A DNA stretch of 25,032 bases from assembly GCA_046735395.1 (NCBI GenBank), contig JBJKQR010000080.1:1-25032 (forward strand), given 5' to 3'. Below are positions 16,549 through 25,032 of this stretch, piece by piece (the first letter of the stretch is position 1; each line of letters starts with the position of its first letter). The DNA is from Fidelibacterota bacterium. GTDB taxonomy: Bacteria; Fidelibacterota; Fidelibacteria; Fidelibacterales; DSDE01. The notes beneath the pieces are model-generated. The model did not search any database. It saw only the letters and a list, made by a program, of their open reading frames with translations, and was not told the DNA's origin. A program made the translations under genes and the position numbers.

Positions 16549-17496
16549 TTATTTTCCCTCGTAATTCTGCAGGAAATTATAAAAATCGCCCTCAGTTCCC
16601 AGGATGAGGGTGGTTCCTGAATCCACGGTGGTTTCGTAGGTTTCCAGCGTCTTCATGAAGGCATAGAAGCTCCGTGTCTGGGCGTTTTTATTATAGGATT
16701 CATTGTAGATGCGGGTTGCCTCGGCATCGGCCTCACCGTGAATTTCCTGAGCCTTCTTGAAGGCTTCGGACTGGATGCGTTTGAGTTCACGTTCCTTTTC
16801 ACCATTGATGCGGGAGGCTTCACCCTGTCCTTCCGACCGGTATTTATCGGCGATGCGGTTTCGTTCCGTGATCATCCGTTCAAATACCTTGACCTGGACT
16901 TCCTTCACATAATTGATGCGCTTGAACTGAAAATCGAGGATTTCGATACCCAGATCCTGGGTGCGGGACTGGGCCGCCTCGAGAATTTCCTTGGCGATAT
17001 TTGCGCGTCCGTAGGTGATCTTGTTCAGAATATCGCTTTCGCTTTCGGTGGCGTCGGTATCAAGCACGGCATCGCGGTTGGATGTCCGCACCACTTCGAT
17101 GAGATTGTGATTTGCGATGCTGTTGCGGGTTTCGCCATCCACGATATCGTCCAGACGGGAATGGGCTCCGGTCTCATCCCTCAGTCTCTGATAGAAGAGA
17201 AGCGGATCCACGATGCGCCAGCGGGCATAGGTATCCACCCAGATGAAGCGTTTGTCCTTCGTGGGAATCTGGTTGGGATATCCGTCCCATTCCAGGAAGC
17301 GCTTGTCGAAATAATGGGCAACCTGCAGAAAGGGAAGTTTGAAATGGATGCCCGGTTCTGTGACCGGTTCGCCGATGGGTTTACCGAACTGGGTTTTGAT
17401 CACCTGCTCGGTTTCGTTGACAATGAACATGGATGAGAAGAAGAGAAAAATCAGGAGGAGGATGGCAATAATTCCGAATCCTTTAATTGCTTTCAT
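16549..17496 (-). CDS. hflC: FtsH protease modulator HflC (SPFH family)
   Basis: N-terminal TM, 'TQFGKP', 'PGIHFKLPF', 'ARWRIVDPL', 'RMITER', 'FYAFMKTLETY'. AAGGAGG SD. Confidence 0.94.
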   Translation of the reverse strand: MKAIKGFGIIAILLLIFLFFSSMFIVNETEQVIKTQFGKPIGEPVTEPGIHFKLPFLQVAHYFDKRFLEWDGYPNQIPTKDKRFIWVDTYARWRIVDPLLFYQRLRDETGAHSRLDDIVDGETRNSIANHNLIEVVRTSNRDAVLDTDATESESDILNKITYGRANIAKEILEAAQSRTQDLGIEILDFQFKRINYVKEVQVKVFERMITERNRIADKYRSEGQGEASRINGEKERELKRIQSEAFKKAQEIHGEADAEATRIYNESYNKNAQTRSFYAFMKTLETYETTVDSGTTLILGTEGDFYNFLQNYEGK

Positions 17497-17505
17497 GATA
17501 CCTCC

Positions 17506-18480
17506 TTATTTCGCTTGAGTGTTTAGATTGAGAAGAGGGAGAACGCCCTTGGCGTTGGCATCCATGACAATTTTTTTGTGAACCTGAGGGAGGACCTTGT
17601 TCATGGTTTCCAGGTAGATGCGGCGGCGGGTGACCTCCGGGGCCTTCGCGTACTCGGCATAGAGCGCATTGAAGCGGGCAACTTCACCGAGAGCCCGGTT
17701 GACACGGTCCAGCTTGTATCCTTCCGCCTGCTGAATGGTTTCCAGCGCTTCACCCTTGGCGCGCGGAACGACTTTATTATACTGAGAAAGGGCTTCGTTG
17801 ATGAGTTTTTCCCGGTCCTGCTGAGCCTCATTGACGGCATTGAAACTGGGTTTGACCGGATCCGGGGGGTTCACATCCTGCAGCACGACCTGATCAATGC
17901 GGATACCGGTTTCATACTGGTCGGCGAGCATCTGAAGCTTGTCCTCCACCACTGTGGAAATTTCCTGACGGCCGACGGTGAGGACTTCATTCACCGTGCG
18001 GTCACCGGCAATCTCCCTCATGACGGCTTCGGTCATGTCGCGAAGCGTCTGATTTGCATTCCGGACCTTGAAGAGATATTTATAGGGATCGCTGATGCGG
18101 TACTGCACAATCCATTCCACCAGGGCGACATTCAGGTCACCGGTCAGCATCAGAGACTCTTCCTCATAGGATTTTGAGCTGAAGGTGCTGTTGATACCGC
18201 TTTTCAGTGTGCGGAAGCCGAATTCCTGCTTGAGCTGGCGTTCGACCGGTACTTTATAAATATCTTCGACACCAAAGGGAATTTTGAAATGGAGGCCCGG
18301 TTCTACGGTGCGGTTGTACTTGCCGAAGCGGAGAATGACTCCCACTTCTTCAGGCCCGACGGTGAACCAGGTTGTGAGGACAAAGCCTGCGATGAGCAGC
18401 AGCAGCACGAACGAAATAATCTTCCGGGGCGTGATACTGAGCGAATTGATCATCGCATTGATATCATTGGGATCAGCCAT
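17506..18480 (-). CDS. hflK: FtsH protease modulator HflK (SPFH family)
   Basis: N-terminal TM, 'LMLTGDLN', 'VQYRISDP', 'APEVTRRRIYLETM', 'VLPLLNL'. Start at the ATG at 18480 because the GTG at 18489 overlaps the AGGAG SD. Confidence 0.94.
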   Translation of the reverse strand: MADPNDINAMINSLSITPRKIISFVLLLLIAGFVLTTWFTVGPEEVGVILRFGKYNRTVEPGLHFKIPFGVEDIYKVPVERQLKQEFGFRTLKSGINSTFSSKSYEEESLMLTGDLNVALVEWIVQYRISDPYKYLFKVRNANQTLRDMTEAVMREIAGDRTVNEVLTVGRQEISTVVEDKLQMLADQYETGIRIDQVVLQDVNPPDPVKPSFNAVNEAQQDREKLINEALSQYNKVVPRAKGEALETIQQAEGYKLDRVNRALGEVARFNALYAEYAKAPEVTRRRIYLETMNKVLPQVHKKIVMDANAKGVLPLLNLNTQAK

Positions 18481-18522
18481 AGCATTCACTCCTGTTTAAT
18501 ATTAAGTCTGACATTTGTTTTG

Positions 18523-18551
18523 AAGCTATGGAATTCACGAGAGTGAAGCAA
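18523..18551 (-). promoter_or_regulatory. Putative sigma70 promoter of hflKC with overlapping palindrome
   Basis: TTGCTT (18551-18546) - 17 nt - TAGCTT (18528-18523). TTCAC-N4-GTGAA inverted repeat at 18534-18547. Confidence 0.4.
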
Positions 18552-18633
18552 CTTAAAAGGGATCAATGGCGGAAAATCGGGGATAAAGGCTGGAAAAGGG
18601 CGGATCAACGTCCGGCAGGGGTCGGAATGGCGG

Positions 18634-19245
18634 TCAGATGAGGGCGATGCAATGAACAGGCGACGCCTCGGCGCCCACCATTTTCAGGGGCATGCCGATA
18701 AAGGTGAAGCGATCCGGAAGCTGGCCGCAGGCCGCCAGATTTTCATAGAATACCATGGACGGAAGCAGCTTTTCATGGAAGGGAAATTCTGTGAGAGAAT
18801 CGAGGCTGGGCGTGTCCACACCGATGCCCTTCAGCTTCAGATCCTGCAGAACCGGAATCCAGTCCGGTGAAAAGGAGGGAAACTGACTGAAGTAGGTATC
18901 CGTACCCCAGTTCCGGCTCCAGGCCGTGTGAAAGATAAGGAATTCAACCGGGGCGGAGAGATTCAGGGGGCAGAGTTCGATGAGGCCCGTTTTGCTGTCG
19001 GGACGGACCTCAATTTTTGCGCCGGACCCTATAAATTGGGAGGGAGACGCGGAGGCCGTGTCATCAGTGCCGGCTTTCATGTGGCGGGGTAGGTCCACAT
19101 GTGTACCCACATGGACACCGCAGGATATGGCGCTGGTGAGAAAACCCGACTCATCTACGGTTTGAATATGGAAGCCGTTCTGCTCTCCCGGATATAGATG
19201 CATCCCGTTATAGGACGCGTGGCTGAGACTGAGTAGATCAGACAT
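18634..19245 (-). CDS. Cyclase-family metal-dependent hydrolase (kynurenine formamidase-like fold)
   Basis: HxGTHxDxPxH motif (HVGTHVDLPRH), 'GIGVDTPSLD', 'YENL', 'MPLKM.GAEASP'. Confidence 0.88.
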   Translation of the reverse strand: MSDLLSLSHASYNGMHLYPGEQNGFHIQTVDESGFLTSAISCGVHVGTHVDLPRHMKAGTDDTASASPSQFIGSGAKIEVRPDSKTGLIELCPLNLSAPVEFLIFHTAWSRNWGTDTYFSQFPSFSPDWIPVLQDLKLKGIGVDTPSLDSLTEFPFHEKLLPSMVFYENLAACGQLPDRFTFIGMPLKMVGAEASPVHCIALI

Positions 19246-20171
19246 CAGAATTTTCCTTTCAGGTGCTGTATAAGATTCCGGTAGGACTTGAAATCGGAGA
19301 TGAAAATTCCCGAGAAGATGAAAATCATTCCGCCGATATCCTGTAGCCTGACCGTCTCGCCATAGAAGAGGCCGGCGGCAGCGAGGGTCACGAGAGGCGT
19401 AAGGTAGGCCGAGAAGGAAAGGCGGGTGATATCCACGTATTTCATCAGCCAGAAATAGGCGACGAAGGTGATGCCTGAGCCGAAGATACCGAGATAGACG
19501 AGGGCTGCCAGGGCTGTATGGTTTGAGGTGGCGGGCAGAGGGCCTTCCAGTGATCGCGCCAGAATGAGCAGAGACAGAAATCCGATGAAAATCCCCCAGG
19601 TATTGAGTACAAAGGGATCCAGATCGTCACCGTCCCGTTTGATGAGAACGGTGGGAACCGTGATGAAAAGGACGGAGAGAATAATGGCTGCCATACCTGC
19701 GTAGACCGAGGCGGATCCGTGGATTTTGCCCGGGTCAAAGAAGATGAAGAGAATGCCGGCGAATCCGAGTAGTATGCCTGCCAGTTTCAGGCCGTTGAGC
19801 TTTTCCTTTTCCAGGCTGAAATGGGAATAAACGGCTACCATGAGCGGAAAAACGGCAAAGAGGATGGAGGACAGGCTGGAGGGAATGAACTGCTGGCCCC
19901 AGAAAACCAGGGCATTGGAGGCCGCGATCATGAAAAGGCCGTGGGCGACAATCAGTTTCAGCTGGCTCCGCCGGGGAGGGTGGATCCGGAGACGCCGGAA
20001 TGAAATAATGAACATGAAGAGCGCCGCGAAAAAAAAACGGAGCGCCGTGCCCCAGAGCGGCGTGATGCCTTTGTCGAGAGTAATTTTTATAAATAGCCAG
20101 GTGCTGCCCCAGATGAGAACGGTCATCATGAAAGTGGCAAACAGAATGCCTGCCGACGGGCGGGTTTTCAT
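19245..20171 (-). CDS. EamA/DMT family transporter
   Basis: About 10 hydrophobic segments, 'IWGSTW', 'ALRF', 'YLGIFGS', 'YLTPLV...GE' typical of duplicated EamA domains. Confidence 0.92.
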   Translation of the reverse strand: MKTRPSAGILFATFMMTVLIWGSTWLFIKITLDKGITPLWGTALRFFFAALFMFIISFRRLRIHPPRRSQLKLIVAHGLFMIAASNALVFWGQQFIPSSLSSILFAVFPLMVAVYSHFSLEKEKLNGLKLAGILLGFAGILFIFFDPGKIHGSASVYAGMAAIILSVLFITVPTVLIKRDGDDLDPFVLNTWGIFIGFLSLLILARSLEGPLPATSNHTALAALVYLGIFGSGITFVAYFWLMKYVDITRLSFSAYLTPLVTLAAAGLFYGETVRLQDIGGMIFIFSGIFISDFKSYRNLIQHLKGKF

Positions 20172-21442
20172 CGGATGATCACGCTGTCACGGCTGGTACC
20201 GGTGGAAATGAGGCCGACGCTCGTTCCGGTGAAGGATTCAATGAATTCAATATATTTGCGGAGATTTACCGGCAGATCCTGATAACGTTTCACAGCGGAG
20301 ATGTCACTGTTCCAGCCGGGGAAGCGGCGATAGACGGGTGTGACATCGGCCAGACGATGGATGAGGCCGTCTGCATCATCATAGGTTTTCCCCTCATATT
20401 CATAGGCCACGGCCACATCAATGGAGTCGAATTCACTCAGAACATCAATTTTTGTGAGAATGATGCGGTTGATGCCGTTGATGCGGATCGCGTAGCGGGC
20501 CAGGACCAGATCCAGCCAGCCGCAGCGACGCGGGCGGCCGGTTGTGGCCCCGAATTCGGATCCGATACGCCGGAGGGACTCGCCGGTTTCATCCAGCAGC
20601 TCGGTCGGGAAGGGGCCATTGCCGACGCGGGTCGTATAGGCCTTGAAAATACCGCTGACTGTATTGATGTCCCGGAAGGACAGAGGCAGGCCGGCCAGAA
20701 TGCCTGCAGATCCCGTACTGGACGAGGTGACAAAGGGATAGGTGCCGAACTGTACATCCAGCAGCAGTCCCTGGGCGCCTTCAATGAGAACTTCCTGATG
20801 GTCCGCGATAGCCTGGCGAAGGTCCGCGCTGAAGTCCTGTACCAGCGGAGCTGCTTCGGCGGCAGCGGACAGGAAGGCGGTTTCGGCTTCCTGCAGCTGA
20901 CCAGAATTCAGTTCGGAGCCGGGAAAGAGTTGGCGGACGCGTTCACTCTGATCCTTCAGGATGGATTTGAGCGCGGCGGGATCGGCGAGCTGCCAGGCCT
21001 TCATCGCCTGGCGGTTGATGTGATCGGAGTAGGCCGGGCCGATTCCCTTGCGGGTCGTACCGATCTGTTTGCCGTCATTCCTGCTTTCTTCCTGCAGGCG
21101 GTCCAGTTCCTTATGCCAGGGTGTGATAATATTTGCATAGGGTGAAATCCGTATCCGGCCGCCGCACCTGATGCCCTGGTCCGTCAGGCCGGCGATTTCC
21201 TGGGACAGTTCCACAGGATCGATGACCATACCATGGCCGAGCAGGCAGAGAACCCCATCCTTCAGAATGCCTGAAGGAAGCTGGTGAAGGACAAATTTCC
21301 TATCCTCCCGATAGATGGTATGGCCGGCATTGGGCCCGCCCTGAAATCGGGCTACAATCTGAGCCGTGTCGCAGAGTGTATCAACGATTTTTCCTTTGCC
21401 TTCGTCGCCCCATTGGCCACCGAGAACCACATTGACCGGCAT
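20168..21442 (-). CDS. purA: Adenylosuccinate synthetase
   Basis: 'GGQWGDEGKGK', 'GGPNAGHT', 'IGTTRKGIGPAY', 'EGAQG', 'EFGATTGRPRRCGWLD', 'TKIDVL'. Confidence 0.97.
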   Translation of the reverse strand: MPVNVVLGGQWGDEGKGKIVDTLCDTAQIVARFQGGPNAGHTIYREDRKFVLHQLPSGILKDGVLCLLGHGMVIDPVELSQEIAGLTDQGIRCGGRIRISPYANIITPWHKELDRLQEESRNDGKQIGTTRKGIGPAYSDHINRQAMKAWQLADPAALKSILKDQSERVRQLFPGSELNSGQLQEAETAFLSAAAEAAPLVQDFSADLRQAIADHQEVLIEGAQGLLLDVQFGTYPFVTSSSTGSAGILAGLPLSFRDINTVSGIFKAYTTRVGNGPFPTELLDETGESLRRIGSEFGATTGRPRRCGWLDLVLARYAIRINGINRIILTKIDVLSEFDSIDVAVAYEYEGKTYDDADGLIHRLADVTPVYRRFPGWNSDISAVKRYQDLPVNLRKYIEFIESFTGTSVGLISTGTSRDSVIIR

Positions 21443-21460
21443 CTTTCACCTCACAAATGT

Positions 21461-21484
21461 AAAGCGCCCCGTGAAGGGCGCTTT
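21461..21484. terminator. Perfect 9-bp hairpin between secF and purA (terminator- or attenuator-like)
   Basis: AAAGCGCCC-cgtgaa-GGGCGCTTT. Only a short T tail on the minus strand (TTTACATTT). Confidence 0.55.
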
Positions 21485-21548
21485 GATAATTGTTTTATGA
21501 TATTGCATAGTTATCCCGTCAGCTGCCGGGCAGTTCGAAAAGCTCGAT

Positions 21549-22442
21549 TTACTTCTTCTTGAGCTTTTTTGCTCCGTAATGGTCATTCCACCAGATGATG
21601 ATGGGGGCCGCAACGAAAGATGAAGAGTAGGTTCCGACCACAACACCGATGAGCATGGCCATGGAGAAACCGAAGAGAACTTCGCCGCCGAAGAGGACGA
21701 GGACGAGAACAACGAGGAAGGTGGTCAGAGAGGTGATGAAGGTTCGGGAGAGTGACTGGTTGATGGAGATGTTTATGATTTCAGCCATGGATTTGTTACG
21801 GATGGCGAAGCGATTCTCACGGATGCGGTCGTACACGACAATGGTGTCATTGAGAGAATAACCGACGATGGTGAGAAAGGCGGCAATGACCGGCATGGTG
21901 ATGACCCAGTTGAAGACGGAGAAGAATCCGAGTGTGATGAGAACATCGTGGAAGAGGGCGATCACGGCGCCGACGGCGAAGCGGAATTCGAAGCGGACAC
22001 TGATGTAGAGGAGGATGAGGAAGAGGGCTCCGAAGATGGCAAGGAGCGCCGATTCCCGGAGTTCCTTACCGATTTTGGGCCCGACTTTTTCGACGCGGCG
22101 GACTTCAAAGTGTTTGGAACTGAGTTCGCTTTTAATCAGATCGATGGTCTGGTTGCCTTCACCCATGATCTTGACGCGGATCATGAATTCGTTGTCGCCG
22201 CTGTTCTGAATTTCGGGCGTACCCAGGCTCTGGTCGACCAGAAGATTGCGGAGTTCACCGGCTGTTGTCGGTTCGGTGAACTTGAGCTGTATCAGGGTTC
22301 CACCTTCGAAATCGATTCCGTAGTGAAGCCCTTTATGGAAAAAGATGGAAAAGAGGCCGAGAAGAATGAGAGTCATTGAGAAAAGGCCGGCAATCTTTCT
22401 TTTCCCTACGATATCGTAATTTGGATTGACAAAAAAATGCAT
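21549..22442 (-). CDS. secF: Protein translocase subunit SecF
   Basis: 'GIDFEGG', 'VGPKIGKEL', 'HDV', 'GYSLNDTIVVYDRIRE', 'GTYSS'. AGGAG SD. Confidence 0.97.
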   Translation of the reverse strand: MHFFVNPNYDIVGKRKIAGLFSMTLILLGLFSIFFHKGLHYGIDFEGGTLIQLKFTEPTTAGELRNLLVDQSLGTPEIQNSGDNEFMIRVKIMGEGNQTIDLIKSELSSKHFEVRRVEKVGPKIGKELRESALLAIFGALFLILLYISVRFEFRFAVGAVIALFHDVLITLGFFSVFNWVITMPVIAAFLTIVGYSLNDTIVVYDRIRENRFAIRNKSMAEIINISINQSLSRTFITSLTTFLVVLVLVLFGGEVLFGFSMAMLIGVVVGTYSSSFVAAPIIIWWNDHYGAKKLKKK

Positions 22443-22456
22443 TGTCTGCTCCTGCG

Positions 22457-24343
22457 TTAAATGCTCAAGGATTTAAGCGTTTTCCGGTTGATGATCGTGT
22501 CGTAGAAGGTCTTCGAGATGAAATAGCCGGAAACAAAGTTGAAAATAATTCCCCAGAAGAGGACGACGGCGAACCCGCGGATGGGGCCGGAGCCGAACTG
22601 CCAGAGGACGAGAGCGGCAATCAGAGTGGTGAGGTTGGCATCGAGGATGGTGATGAGCGCCCTGTTGTAGCCGCCTTCAACAGATGCCTTGACGGTTTTG
22701 CCCTTTGCCAGTTCCTCACGGATACGTTCGAAGATGAGAACGTTGGCATCCACGGCCATACCGAGCGTCAGCACGAGGCCGGCGATACCGGGCAGGGTGA
22801 GGGTCGCCTTCAGAAATGCGAGAGTGGAGAGGACGAAGACGATATTCAGGATGAGAGTGGTGATGGCGACGACACCGGACCAACGGTAGTAGGCAACGAC
22901 AAAGAGGACTACCAGGAGAAGGCCGGCGAGGACTGAGAAAGTGCCTTTATGGATGGAGTCAGCACCCAGGCTGGGCCCGATGGTGCGTTCTTCAATGATG
23001 TCCACCGGAGCAGGAAGAGCACCGGCCTTGAGAACAATTTCCATATCCTTGGCTTCGTTGATGTTGGCCAGGCCTTCAATAACGGTGCGGCCGCCGGGAA
23101 TCTTTCCCTTGATATTGGGTGCCATCTGAACCTTGTCGTCCAGAACGATGGCAACGCGCTTGTTGATGTTGGCGCCGGTGAGTCGGCTCCAGATCTTTGC
23201 GCCTTCACTGTTCATGGAGACGTTGACGACCGGCTGTCCCATGTTGCTGCCGCCGGCTCCTCCGAGAGACGCCTGGGCATCCGTGACCACCGTACCGGTC
23301 AGGCCGGCATCCTTGTTCAGGAAATAAAGTCTGTAGAAGTTCTGAACGCGTCCGTCATTGCCGGTGAAGGCTTCGGTTTTGCTGGAAAACAGAATTCTCA
23401 TGTCCAGCGGAAGCGCATTGCGGACTTCCGGACGTTCCAGAATCTTTTTTACGGTATTATAATTTTCTTCGGGGACACCGATATCGCTGCCGAGATTTCT
23501 GAGCAGTGCCGTAAAGGGCTTGTCTGCGTAAAGATTTTCATCCACGACAACAGCGCTGTCCTTTGCGGTTTCATCCGCCGCTCCGCCCAGCAGATCTTCA
23601 ACGGATACCGCTTTATCGTGGCTTTCCAGATCCTTGACACGGGCGGTGTCTCCGGTAATTTCTTCCGGATTGGTCTTTTTCAGAACGGCATCGATTCGGG
23701 CGATGGCATCCTGGGCCACTTCCGGATCCTTCAGCAGAATGAATTCGAGAAGAGCCGTGTCCTTGATGAGCGCCCGGGCTCTGTCAGGATCAGAAATACC
23801 GGCGAGTTCGACGATGATGCGTTTGTTTCCGACCCGCTGAATGGTGGGTTCGGATACACCGAACTGGTCAACACGGTTCCGGATGATTTCCAGGGCCCGG
23901 CTGACAGCATCCTTGCTTTCGTCGCGCAGTGATGTGACGATATCCTCATTCTTCACGGAGCGACCGGGGAAATGCCTCGACAGTTTAAAATTTCTGGCAT
24001 TGGCCTGGGTAAGCAGAACATCAAAGAAATCCAGTTCCTCGTCCTTTGCCTCAATGGCCTTTACCGTATCCATGAGTTCGTAGAACGACTGGGTCTTGGT
24101 ACGGGCCAGGTTTTCCACAAGCCGCGGGATGTTCACTTCCAGGACCAGATGCATGCCGCCCTGAAGATCAAGGCCGCGTTTAATGATTTCAGATTCAAGA
24201 TCGCTGAGCTGGCCGCTTTCCTTCAGAGCTTCCTTTTTTTCAGGACTCATTCTCTCGTAACGGAGCGTGGGACCCAGTTCAAAGGCACTCCAGACCAGCA
24301 GCAGGCCTATCAGCACGTAATTGAAAATTAATTTTCTCGGCAT
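22457..24343 (-). CDS. secD: Protein translocase subunit SecD
   Basis: 'GLDLQGG', 'RVDQFGVSEP', 'AIVLD', 'AGALPAP', 'GMAVDANVLIFERIREE'. Start placed at the ATG at 24343 after GGAGG/AAGGA; the ORF-track extension to 24466 looks non-coding. Confidence 0.97.
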   Translation of the reverse strand: MPRKLIFNYVLIGLLLVWSAFELGPTLRYERMSPEKKEALKESGQLSDLESEIIKRGLDLQGGMHLVLEVNIPRLVENLARTKTQSFYELMDTVKAIEAKDEELDFFDVLLTQANARNFKLSRHFPGRSVKNEDIVTSLRDESKDAVSRALEIIRNRVDQFGVSEPTIQRVGNKRIIVELAGISDPDRARALIKDTALLEFILLKDPEVAQDAIARIDAVLKKTNPEEITGDTARVKDLESHDKAVSVEDLLGGAADETAKDSAVVVDENLYADKPFTALLRNLGSDIGVPEENYNTVKKILERPEVRNALPLDMRILFSSKTEAFTGNDGRVQNFYRLYFLNKDAGLTGTVVTDAQASLGGAGGSNMGQPVVNVSMNSEGAKIWSRLTGANINKRVAIVLDDKVQMAPNIKGKIPGGRTVIEGLANINEAKDMEIVLKAGALPAPVDIIEERTIGPSLGADSIHKGTFSVLAGLLLVVLFVVAYYRWSGVVAITTLILNIVFVLSTLAFLKATLTLPGIAGLVLTLGMAVDANVLIFERIREELAKGKTVKASVEGGYNRALITILDANLTTLIAALVLWQFGSGPIRGFAVVLFWGIIFNFVSGYFISKTFYDTIINRKTLKSLSI

Positions 24344-24620
24344 TATTCCTTTTACCTCCTCTATCGCTTCCATGTCAAATTCACATGCAAAGCCGTGAAA
24401 TTTATTATGCTGAGGCGTCAATATCAATGTAAAAATGGGATTTGCAGGGCCTTTGTCTCTTTTCACTGTCCGGAATTTATAAGCGTTTCAAGGGATATTT
24501 TTTCAGAGTGGGGCTGCAGATCATATTTCAATTTCAAAAACAGATGATTTATCGTTTTCTTTTTTGGGAAAATCTCCCGGCTGCGGAGGGCGGTAATTCG
24601 GGAGTATTCAAAAAAAGTAT

Positions 24621-24648
24621 TTGCTTTGAGTTGAAATTTTTCTATACT
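24621..24648 (+). promoter_or_regulatory. Putative sigma70 promoter of the plus-strand unit
   Basis: TTGCTT (24621-24626) - 16 nt - TATACT (24643-24648) in an AT-rich divergent intergenic region. Confidence 0.5.
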
Positions 24649-24704
24649 CCGTCCGCTTATTGTTATGCTATGAAATGATTTGAAAATGTCCTGAAAGGAT
24701 GCTC

Positions 24705-24839
24705 ATGGGTAGATTTTCCACTTCCGAAGACAGTAAATGCTCTCTCGCTGTTCTAAAATTCACATCAGTACTGCGGGCTCTCACGATTTCACTGTTGTTC
24801 TTCCTTGCCATTTGGCTCTATATTTTCCTGTATGCCTGA
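24705..24839 (+). CDS. Putative 44-aa small single-pass membrane protein
   Basis: My translation: MGRFSTSEDSKCSLAVLKFTSVLRALTISLLFFLAIWLYIFLYA. AAAGGA SD 5 nt upstream, C-terminal ~20-aa hydrophobic segment. Below the ORF-track length cutoff. Confidence 0.5.
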   Translation: MGRFSTSEDSKCSLAVLKFTSVLRALTISLLFFLAIWLYIFLYA

Positions 24840-24879
24840 TCCGGCCGAAGTAGGCTCGATTCGGCAAGCAGGAAAGCGG

Positions 24880-25032
24880 ATGAATAATACCTCGACAACC
24901 GACACGGTTTTTTCCGATGCCTATATTCTGACAGGCGGGCAGTCACGTCGTTATGGCGAGCCCAAGTGCAGGGCGGAACTTGCGGGAGAGGCTCTGATAA
25001 GCCGATGTGCCCGTACCCTCGGTTCCATTTTC
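24880..25032 (+). CDS. mobA: Molybdenum cofactor guanylyltransferase-like NTP transferase, 5' part (runs off window)
   Basis: My translation: MNNTSTTDTVFSDAYILTGGQSRRYGEPKCRAELAGEALISRCARTLGSIF..., matching the MobA N-terminal ILAGGxSxRxGxxK motif. AGGA SD upstream. Confidence 0.75.
   Translation, partial: MNNTSTTDTVFSDAYILTGGQSRRYGEPKCRAELAGEALISRCARTLGSIF

Noticed and set aside
1..25032. CRISPR arrays, tRNA/rRNA genes, IS elements, defence systems
   Set aside because: No regularly spaced repeats, cloverleaf or rRNA signatures, transposase, nuclease or reverse-transcriptase motifs seen, and intergenic gaps are all short.

Overview
Bacterial chromosomal window of moderately high GC, almost entirely coding on the minus strand (17 co-directional genes, 234-24343). 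In transcription order: secD, secF, purA, EamA/DMT transporter, cyclase-family metal hydrolase, hflK, hflC, a strong terminator, type-2 ileS, TraR/DksA-family zinc finger, RluA-family pseudouridine synthase, xerC, hpf, hprK, long-form sugar-1-phosphate nucleotidyltransferase, a 773-aa uncharacterised lipoprotein coupled to a DUF5723-like outer-membrane barrel, a divergent ornithine aminotransferase, and a TldD/TldE(PmbA) pair. At the right end a divergent plus-strand unit starts with an unannotated 44-aa membrane-protein ORF and the 5' part of a mobA-like gene. Gene content and order (xerC-hpf-hprK, ileS-dksA, DUF5723-like barrel) suggest a diderm of the FCB group (inference). I found no CRISPR array, RNA gene, transposase or phage gene, so the region is mostly housekeeping. 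The best leads are the lipoprotein-barrel module (about four repeated beta-domains, dense in Bacteroidota-type O-glycosylation sequons), an IleRS2 with both signature motifs altered (GVHH, DMHKS), the absence of lspA from its usual slot, and the small membrane ORF upstream of mobA.
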